DNA of 48,485 nucleotides, taken from positions 1 through 48,485 of the forward strand of contig JAPEUI010000120.1 of assembly GCA_026025075.1 (NCBI GenBank), in the 5' to 3' direction. Positions 13,552-22,547 of this stretch are shown here, piece after piece (position 1 is the first letter of the stretch; every line of letters starts with the position of its first letter). The translations under genes and the position numbers were made by a program. This DNA is from Vezdaea acicularis (lineage: Eukaryota). The notes under the pieces were generated by a model. The model was not told where the DNA came from, searched no databases, and was given only the letters and a program-made list of their open reading frames with translations.

Positions 13552-14332
13552 ATGGCCGAAGCAGTACCTGCAGAGGCTGCGCCTCTAGAGCCTCAAGCAC
13601 GTCATGTAATTTATTGTGGGAGTAGGTGTTCGTCCTGCGCTGAGCACTAAAGAGATGGTTTCACTAACCTCTGTGTACGTAGTATGCTCGCTCCCCCCCG
13701 AGGTTGGCTTGCATCCTCATAACTCGGTCATGGCGAGAGGCGCAGTCACTGACTCGTAGTGCGTCCAGTATTGCGAATTTGGTGGGACAACAAAGAAATG
13801 TCGAGAATGGCTCGAGAAGAATCATATGGCAATGGCAGGGCGAATCTATTCCGATGGTACTTTCCAGCACCGCAGACTAGCAGTGATTATGAACTAACGC
13901 CCATGCTCCCCTGAAGAAGCCCTTGACACCTCTCTTACCACCCTCTCTCTGGATGCCCAGAAACGTGCCGATAAGGACGCTGCGAAGAAGGCTGCCAAAG
14001 CCGAAGCCCAAGAAGCGAAAGTTGCAAGCCAAAAGGCGTCAGCGAAAGTACTCATCAAGCGAGTGGAGAGACACAAGCGGAAGTTCGTGACTGCGATACA
14101 AGGGCTGGAAGCACATGATCTCGACCTGAAGAAGGTCTCGAGAGAGCTAGGCAAGAAGTTTGCTACAGGGGCAAGTGTCACCAAGATCCCGAGCGGTGGG
14201 GAGGAGATTGTCGTGCAGGGTGACCTGAGCGACGAGATCGAAGAGTGGCTCATAGATGTGCACAAAGAAATCCCCGAAGATAACATATACCTTATTGAGG
14301 ATAAGAAAAAGAAAAAAGAGGGAGGCCCGTAA
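13552..14332 (+). CDS. TMA22: Translation machinery-associated protein 22 (DENR, SUI1 domain); 4 exons including a ~20-nt exon
   Basis: Spliced VIYCGICSLPPEYCEFGGT..KC; SUI1-like ERHKRKFVTAIQGLE..LGKKFATGASVTK..EEIVVQGD. Confidence 0.93.
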
Positions 14333-14461
14333 GTTAGCATGGGGCGTGTTCAGATCTCAGTAGTCTTGACAGTTCCTGCGCGAGTAAAAACATTATAAAC
14401 GACTTCCAATATCGTCCTTGTAACCTGACGATGGATAAACCTAAACATGAACGCCAGAAGA

Positions 14462-15493
14462 CTAAATACGCTTGCGTAGCACCCTCCTTCCTGCCACAGG
14501 AGCCTCAACTTTTGTTGCTGGTTTCGCTGGCGCTCTCTTTGGAGCAGTAGCTTTGCTGGTCACCATCACCTCCTTCTTCGACTTCTTGGTTTTCGAACCC
14601 ATTCTGCTAGCCGCTGCTGTCGCCATCTTTACAGGCGAAACGGGTCGAGCCAGCATTGACTTTGCGGGTGAAAATGGAGGTCTCGCAGGCGATCGAGGAA
14701 GTGTTTGTGAATTGGAAGACCGAGGTGAAAGGACTTGAACCGCTTGAGTCTTGCTTCTGGACGCGACACGCGCGGGAGCTACCACTTTGGCTGTTGTTTT
14801 CGTCCTCTTCTTAGGATTGAAGATTTCTTCCTGCTTTCCATTTTCTTTACTACTCGAAGAAGAGAACTCGTCACTTAACAGATCGTTTAGCTTATCATCA
14901 GCGCCGGACGTCCTCAAGAGGTCATACCTTGATCTCTTAGTGCCCCTAGTACGAGCCGGCTGTGCATCGACATCTGGATGAGAGTCTTTCTGCTCAGCTT
15001 GCCCTTTCGGGGACGCTTTCTGTGGAAGTGTTTCCCTTGATGCTAGGCCAGCTTTCCTCGACTCCCCACTCTGGTACTGTGCAAGTAGCTCCCCCATATT
15101 AGCTCTACGTAGCGCCATAGGTATCCTATTTACGCGTATTTCAATACGCGATCTTAGCGTTTGAGACTGAAGTGCATATTGTGCGCGGAGCTTTCGCGCT
15201 CTCTCAGTGACTAGACAGGAGTGCTCAGTTAGTGCATCTGAGTATCCCATGGGCGTAGAACGGCAGAACGCGAAATTTTTACTTTCTAGCTGCAGATTAT
15301 CAATCAGAGCCTGCTTTTGCTCATATGTAATGCCTAGGTTCGGCCTCTTGTTAGGATTCCCTGTTGGCGTTCTTGCCGCCTTATCGAGCTTTGTCGGTAC
15401 TGTCGTGGTGGGCGGCGCGGGAAAGTCTTGCATGCTGGCAATTGATGATATATCAGTTGAGGATTTCCGTTTCTTGGAACGTAATGGGGGCAT
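14462..15493 (-). CDS. Borealin/Nbl1-family chromosomal passenger complex protein; likely introns 15282-15211 and 14927-14874
   Basis: QKQALIDNLQLE|ITERARKLRAQY..Q..LRSRIEIRVNRIP..LR...MGELL is the fungal borealin N-terminal helix; the tail is basic and S/P-rich. Confidence 0.8.
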   Translation of the reverse strand: MPPLRSKKRKSSTDISSIASMQDFPAPPTTTVPTKLDKAARTPTGNPNKRPNLGITYEQKQALIDNLQLESKNFAFCRSTPMGYSDALTEHSCLVTERARKLRAQYALQSQTLRSRIEIRVNRIPMALRRANMGELLAQYQSGESRKAGLASRETLPQKASPKGQAEQKDSHPDVDAQPARTRGTKRSRYDLLRTSGADDKLNDLLSDEFSSSSSKENGKQEEIFNPKKRTKTTAKVVAPARVASRSKTQAVQVLSPRSSNSQTLPRSPARPPFSPAKSMLARPVSPVKMATAAASRMGSKTKKSKKEVMVTSKATAPKRAPAKPATKVEAPVAGRRVLRKRI

Positions 15494-15809
15494 GTTGATA
15501 TGCGATGTGTGAGAGACCGTAATGTGCCTTTAAAGTATTCAGCTCGGGATTTGCATTAGAAGAACCTGGCCAGTGTTAGAGTCCCTTTGGCCGGAGAAAG
15601 TCCGAGTGTCAACAAACGAGAATCGGTGCTGCGCGCTGTAGCCGAAAAGCTTGGCAGGAACCAGCGAGCTTGAAAGGTCCAGCAAGCACCTACAAAGCTA
15701 TTCGTACCTCAACGCCTTCATAAATTTCTCACGACTTCTCTTGCATCCTGACTTCTAGCTAGGCTCCTTGATATTGTATAGAAGCAACTGCGATCTAGTA
15801 ACCGCCACC

Positions 15810-16911
15810 ATGGTGCTTGAGGCGACTATGATAGTGTACGCTAGAATTTGTATCGGCTTAGTCTCAATGGCTGTTACTGATCTTTGGAATATAGCGTTGA
15901 TAACAGCGAGAGCAGCAGGAACGGTGACTATGTGTAATTCAACCAAAGAGGCCCTTACTCGGTCTCTGCTAATTTATCCTACTTAGTCCAACGAGATTTC
16001 AGGCTCAAGCAGATTCCGTCAACCTCATCTTTTCCGCCAAAACTCAAGCAAATCCCGAATCATCCGTTGGGCTCATGAGCATGGGTGGCAAAGGTCCGGA
16101 AGTACTAGTGACATTAACGACAGACTTTGGGAAGATCTTAGACGGACTACACCGAACGAAAATAAGAGGAGAGACTCATCTTGCAACTGGGATTCAAGTT
16201 GCAGGTGTAAGTGCCCTCCCCTTGTATGTACCACTAGCCAAAGTTCCTCAGCTGACCAGTGTTCGCGTACAGCTTGCTCTGAAACACCGACAAAACAAAT
16301 CACAAAGACAACGAATTATAGTTTTTACTTGTAGTACCATCGCTGAGGATGAGAAGACTCTCGTGAAGCTTGCGAAAAAGATGAAGAAAAACAACATAAG
16401 TATCGATTTCGTACTCTTCGGCGAGCTCGAAGGCGACAACACTAAAAAGCTTGAGGCTTTCACTGAAAACGTTAAGAGTGGGGATGGTTCACACCTAGCT
16501 ATAATACCACCTGGGCCGAATCTTCTGAGCGATTCGTTACTTACAACGCCAATAATGCAGGGTGAAGGAGGTGGGGCTACGGGAGGTTCAAGTGGAGATA
16601 CGGGCGCTGGGCCAGACACAGGTCCTGGTGGCTTCGACTACGGATCAGTTGACCCATCCGTAGATCCTGAATTGGCTATGGTACTGCGAATGAGCTACGA
16701 AGAGGATTTGGCTAGGAAGGAAAGAGAGAAGGAGGCGCGAGAGAAAGAGGAGAAAGATAATGCAGACGGACAAATAAAAAAAGAAACGAAGCAAGAGGGA
16801 GAAGAAGAGTCGAAACCATTACTGGAGGACGTCGAAGAGAAGAATGGAACGTCACCTAAAGAAGAACCAAATAACAAAGATGATGATTCAGATAAGATGG
16901 ATTTAGCATAG
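15810..16911 (+). CDS. RPN10: 26S proteasome ubiquitin receptor Rpn10 (vWA + UIM); 4 exons
   Basis: Spliced [47 protein letters not shown], and UIM VDPSVDPELAMVLRMSYEE; strong GCCACCATGG start context. Confidence 0.96.
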
Positions 16912-16973
16912 GTTGCATTATAGGTACTAATGTGTAGAAACACAAGCGTTCGCTTGTACTAATCGATGCTCCT

Positions 16974-17975
16974 CTAGAATAACCTTCCTTGTTCCCCATC
17001 TGAAAGCATGATCCCTAAGCTTTTGCCTTCCCACACAATACCGCTTGCGCCAGCTTCACAGCATCCTTCACTCACGAAGGTTTCATTACAGGCGCATGGT
17101 TGAGCCAATCCTCTTCTCCCTAAAAGTGAATTATCCGCAAAAGACGCCGCCGCTCTCTGGCACTGACCCAGAAACCTCCTCATTCCTCTGTCGATGTCCA
17201 CCTTCTCTCCCACTGCCTTGCAGGCACAGCTCCCACTGCACGCCTCGTGACTCGTGCAGTAACTGCCGCATAGCTCAGGTTCCCTTTCTCTACTGGAAAC
17301 GCTGCCAAAAGTGGGTCTGACGACTATGACTGGTGGCCGCCCATTTGTAAATCTCCTAACTACGCCATCATTGGAAAGGTCCAGGATCTCAGAGCCACCG
17401 CTGAGTCGTCGAAGTGAACTTCCAGTAGACGTGCGAGTGCGCCGGCGTGGGGGTCGTGACGTAGTCGGCGCACGACATTTGCAATGCTCCATGCACGCTG
17501 CTGGGACTAAGGTCGACCAAAGAAAGGAATCGGAATTTTGGTAGGGACAGACGACTCTGTCTGACTGCCCGGCTGCTAGACACTCGCAAGCAAGTCCTGG
17601 ATATGCGGCACGCTTAGTCCCACTGCACAGTTGGTACAAGGATAGGTATCGGTAGTGATCGTAGCCAGTAGGCATCCAAGGACTGTTTTCAAGGGATACT
17701 TCTTCGCAGATGATCTCGCTGAGTTGGTTATAACCCATATCCTCCGCAAGCTCATCGGCGATCCTATCGATGGCGACATCTGAGAGCTCAGGAATTACGG
17801 GGTCACCAAAGATCTCACTGCCGGCGTGAGTTCCATCAGAGGATCCACCTGGGGTGATTGGATCCGGACTTGGTTCCGGGTTCGAGGGAGTTGTGGCAGC
17901 ACCAAACAGAATCGTGAAGTTGAAGAATAGTAAGGAAATAAATACGCGGCATTGTACGTTGTCGTAACGCAGCAT
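16974..17975 (-). CDS. Intronless putative secreted cysteine-rich protein (333 aa) of unknown family
   Basis: Hydrophobic N-terminus (VFISLLFFNFTILFGAA); 19 Cys in clusters (CxC, CxxxCxC, CxxxCxxxxxCxxxCxC, PCACNETFVSEGCC). Confidence 0.72.
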   Translation of the reverse strand: MLRYDNVQCRVFISLLFFNFTILFGAATTPSNPEPSPDPITPGGSSDGTHAGSEIFGDPVIPELSDVAIDRIADELAEDMGYNQLSEIICEEVSLENSPWMPTGYDHYRYLSLYQLCSGTKRAAYPGLACECLAAGQSDRVVCPYQNSDSFLWSTLVPAACMEHCKCRAPTTSRPPRRRTRTSTGSSLRRLSGGSEILDLSNDGVVRRFTNGRPPVIVVRPTFGSVSSREREPELCGSYCTSHEACSGSCACKAVGEKVDIDRGMRRFLGQCQRAAASFADNSLLGRRGLAQPCACNETFVSEGCCEAGASGIVWEGKSLGIMLSDGEQGRLF

Positions 17976-18422
17976 ACTAGGTCATTCGGAATGGCCGACT
18001 GACTCAAAGCCTCGATTTTTTCATGAGACGTGCCAGAATGCACTTGCAGCCTGAGTAATTGCAGCGAGCATCGTAAGTTAAGAGGCGTCTAGTTTGGTGA
18101 ACGCCTTTGCGTCTATGGCACCATGGAACCACTCGTCATGTTCACAAAAGACGGGAACAGACGGGACTCCTGCGAGATCCTTCGAGGCTCCAACATGACT
18201 GCATTTCGGTGCTACTATCAGCCTTTTGTGCAATCCCATGCGAAACGGCCCATAGCTTACATGCGGAAGCGCGCTTTGACAACCCATTCCACGCAATTGC
18301 CCTCATCAAAATGGGTGATATGGTTTGTAGAACAGACATGTCCATTCGCGGGGAATTGCTCGAACCCACAAAATCGCGCCAACGTCCGTGCGCTGACATG
18401 AACCCATGATTTAGATTTGAAC

Positions 18423-20014
18423 CTAACGGAAAGCAACCTCGGCAGGTAATCGGAAGCTTGCGCAGAACATCCGTTTTTTGGGAGCCACGTCCCTTACATC
18501 AACGATCTGTACCTCAGGAGTCGATGGTGTGACGGGATGCCGAAGCCGGTCCGAGATCTCATGGCATATCTCTGCCTCGGGACTCAAGTCCGGATTCTCA
18601 GAACCTACGAAACGCTCCTCGCTCTTCAGAAAACAGTATACGTGAATCATGGGTAACTTCCTTCCAGATGACCCCCGGAACAGCTCCTCATCTTGCTTGT
18701 AGATACCAGTGAATACATCCAGAAATGTGAGAGCCGTCGCGGGTAGATTCATAACGAAGTGATCAAAAGTTCTAGGTTTTATCACGAAGCGGGGTTCTGG
18801 CTTCGGGGTCTGAGGGTCTCTGTTCGGCGCTGGCTTTAATGGAAGTCTAATCCTAGATTGATTAGAAGCAGTAGACTCCACTAGGTTGCGGACAGCAAGT
18901 GGTACGAATGTTCGGCCATCCTCATTGTATGCCTCCACAAATTCCGAGACCTTCGCAGCGGGTTAGTGATGCGATCCGACACGCGCCTGAGCCACTTTGC
19001 AGCCCGTGGTTGAACTCACCTTGTTACGCCAAATTGCATCCTTTAAGCTAGCGTAGCACTCGGGGTTCAGGTCATTGGCCACAACAAACACACCTTTCTT
19101 TCCCGCTGGTACAGCAAAGGGACCCACACCTGCCATAACGTCGCAAACAGCCTCTCCTGGTTGGAACATTTCAACTAATCTCGCATGTTCTGTGTTAAGC
19201 CGAGTGTTCCAGTAGACCTTTGAGTAGTCAAACCTGAAATAGCAATCCTCCTCTTTTATTTCAACGGCCAGGGACGGATCACCGGCGAGAAGTTCGTAAT
19301 TAAAAGTTCGGTACTCGGAAGTGGTGCCAACATCGTCAATCTTGTTTATGACGGTGCGGATGCCAGGGTTCTTGTCGATTATGATGTTGGCTATTAAATC
19401 TTTGTGTTTAAGATATTTCTCACGGAGATTAAAATGTGCTATTTTAGGATATGAATAGAAGCTTTATAAGTCTAGCGGTGGTGCATAGTGACTTACCAAC
19501 ATGTCCAACAATGCTGAAGCCCGTCGGCAACTCTTCATACTCTTCCTTAGGAAGGATAGAGGTCATTATATCATCTAGAATTGCGTTAGCAGGGTCTTCA
19601 CTCTGGAGCAGCGCTCGGCTTGGCATACGATAGGTCCAGTACTCGTAGTTCAATTCTAGGTCAAAGGGCGTCACTTTGCCATCCTTCTTCTTAATAAGAT
19701 CATGTAAAATATTGGACCACGTCGATTTATCTAGTCATGTCAGCAAATGTACTTCAGTAGTCAAGTCCAGATCTGTTCTTGCCATCATGCTTTACGTCTG
19801 GATTTAGCAGCAGGCACTTAGTACCATCGAACGGGTCGAATTGTACATTCGAAATCCTGTCTAGCCAGAGTAGTTCCTGAGATTTATTGAGCTCCGCACG
19901 GTACTTTGAGATATTTCTATTGTCCAGGATTTTTGCTGCTGACAATGGGATTTTCTTGTTAAAGAACGGGCGGTCCAGGATCCGCATCGCGTGATTAACA
20001 GGTGGACGAAACAT
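18423..20014 (-). CDS. TRM5: tRNA (guanine37-N1)-methyltransferase Trm5; multi-exon; possible upstream extension to 20176
   Basis: [50 protein letters not shown] motif [45 protein letters not shown]. Confidence 0.95.
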
Positions 20015-20330
20015 TTCCAATGTCGCGATTGGCCGAGCGTCATCGGATGGCTAAGTCTTGTTAATTACTTGTCTGTAAAGCTTTGGAGAGGAAGATCACC
20101 TCCATTGTACCTTTGTGGAGCGACAAAACCCAATCCTAGCTCCAAAGACATTTCTGCTGGAAATGCGATGGATCAGTAGTGACTCGATTTATCGCTAAGA
20201 AATCTTTTCCTCCGAAACTTTATTTCACATGCAGACCCTCGTCTTGATTACACGGCCACGCGAATCCGACGCGTCCAGACTTCGAAAAGTGGATCTAATT
20301 TTATGGCGAAGTCAAATCCTATTTTAGCAC

Positions 20331-20455
20331 GCCGAAATGGCTAGGTCTGGGGGAATGTGTGTTTATTAGCAGGCTTTTTAAATTCTCCGCGCGTTTCGTA
20401 CTAGGTGAACGTCCCGTCGTCCCATGAAGGCGCCGACATAAACACTCCCAGCTTT
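20331..20455 (+). ncRNA. Candidate structured small RNA resembling the fungal SRP RNA 5' Alu hairpin plus terminal helix, without an S domain
   Basis: GCC-GAAAT-GGC 5' hairpin; CTGGG..GTGTTTAT (20347-20366) pairs with ATAAACACTCCCAG (20438-20451); inner GCTTTT/GAAGGC helix relies on G-U pairs. Confidence 0.3.
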
Positions 20456-20825
20456 CAATGGTAATTATGTAGATATCTATTGACCACCACAACCTGTCAG
20501 TCGCTGGTCAGTACCTCTTGCTTCTACCCTATTTGAAGTCTGCGCCCATTCCGCATTAAGCCGAGTCCGTTTCCTACTCACACGTGCAAATCTCAAGCCA
20601 ACCGAGCATATCAAGAGCAGCCACAGAACCCCCCTTTCCTTTCGAACAGGCTCAACCTACCTAGTAGGCCGAAAGAAAATCGACGTATACCTCTTATTGC
20701 TCAAACAGAAGAACCTTTGCTTCAATATAATGATCTGGAAAGCCAACGCTCTCGGATACCATCAGGTGCTTGTTCTGGACATAGCTTCGTTACGGTCTCT
20801 GGTCTACTCAATCTTACTTCGTCCC

Positions 20826-21403
20826 CTATTCTACATAACCTCTCAAATCGTTGATCTCAGTCAGAAGTTCTTGGAGCTCTTCATCCGTTTTCTTCTTGCT
20901 CAGACTCGGCATTAAAGTCTTCGCCTCCTCCGCACTTCCGCAGCATAAAGTACCTGGAAGCGGCCGTTAGATGGCTACTTATGAAGTTTGGTTGACAGAT
21001 GAGGATAGTGAATAGTACCTAACTGTGAACGTTCGAATAGCTCCAGGTCAGGATGCATGGACAAAAGTCTCTCCACCGCCTCAATATTCTCTTTGTCCCT
21101 GAACCGCGCAAAGTGATCTAGATATTCTGTCGTCTTGATTAACATTCTGGCCATGTCCACAATTAGCATTTCACCTTCATCATGAAGGCGGACCTTGTCT
21201 CATTCAAGGAGCATGACTTACTCGGTCTCCTTTACCTCCCTTGTCTCCTTCCTATGCTTCATAACTGTGTTGATGAGCAATCTTGCTTCCGAAAGGGACA
21301 ATGAAGGCACATTCTGGAATTGACCGAGCTTAAGCTCCGATGACGCTTCCTCATCGCCTTGAGGCTGCTCGCGCTCACGGGCTGTAGGAGCGTGGTGAGA
21401 CAT
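20826..21403 (-). CDS. RPB4: RNA polymerase II subunit Rpb4; 3 exons
   Basis: DEEASSELKLGQFQNVPSLSLSEARLLI, KTTEYLDHFARF, LELFERSQLGTLC..EEAKTLMPSL..DEELQELL. Confidence 0.93.
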
Positions 21404-21920
21404 AGTGAATGATCGGGATTCAATGACTGCCGTAGGCTCATATAATTTAGGAAATGGTAGGAAGAAGCGAGATGAGAGAAAGCACAAGAATACCCGGCTT
21501 AGGTATATCAGGAATGCTGGGATTACTTATGAGGGCGGCACTGATAAGATAGCGCTATCGTGAGACCTTGACACGCCTAAGACGCAAGGGAGGCCTAGAA
21601 AATAGTGCCGCAGCCTGTTTTGAAACTGCGCTATCATTTGAAAGAGCGTCTTCGCAGTAGTCTAGCGGAAGCCGGCAGTAGTGAGCTCGCGTGGCCCATG
21701 AATATTTGCGGCTCACCATCCCTATCTAGACAAATGATTTCAACACGGCTAGTCCATAAAAAACCCCTAATTAAGAACAAGCTGAAATTGTGAATACTCA
21801 AAAGATGCTGTGCCGCAAGTAACCGCGACGTTGAATTCGTACATTGCCTACAGCTTCTTCAGCTAAGCTTTCGCCATTCTTGACACTGGTGCTGCTATCC
21901 ACATCTGCATAATAAAAGCT

Positions 21921-22547
21921 ATGTTAGTCTTTTGCTTAGCTCCTGTAATATTTCGCTTTGCTCTACGACTATATTAAAATTTGTTCCCTCAACTCAAACA
22001 TGGTCAGCTAACATGTTCCTCCAGGGTTGTATTTGCTCTTCTCATTATCAACAAAGCTGGTGGCCTCATCTATAATTCTACCTTTCACAGTGGCCTTCTT
22101 CCTCTCAGTAGTAACGATTACCTCATTCTTGCTGGCACATTTCATGGCATTCATGCGATATCCTCATCTCTCTGCCCTCCTCTACCCCACCTCCTGAACC
22201 CGACGAATGCATCAACACAACCTCCAGGATCATCTTCTGGCACTAGTAGTCTCACTGGTACAGTAGGTGGTGCGGTCACAGGCAATGCTGTGGCACCATT
22301 GCCGGGTCCAGGTGGTATTGAGATGATGACTACGCAGACTTTCGAGCTTCACTGCTATCAAACCTTGACTGGAACGAAATTCTTGCTATTCTGTGAGGTT
22401 GGCCAGCCGAATGCCGAGGGAATACTTAGGCGTTGCTACGAATGTTATGCGGATTACGTGATGAAGAATCCGTTCTATCAACTAGAGATGCCGATTCGGG
22501 TTGAGGCGTTCGAAAGGGTCCTGGCAGCATGGATAAGAAGCCGCTAA
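21921..22547 (+). CDS. TRS23: TRAPP complex subunit Trs23 (TRAPPC4, sybindin family); ATG split by intron 21923-22024
   Basis: MVVFALLIINKAGGLIY, SSNDYLILAGTFHGIHAI, CYQTLTGTKFLL, YADYVMKNPFYQLEMPIR. Confidence 0.93.

Noticed and set aside
21484..21502. ACAAGAATACCCGGCTTA, resembling RNase P RNA CR-V
   Set aside because: No matching CR-I/P4 partner; the upstream sequence is the antisense of the RPB4 coding region.
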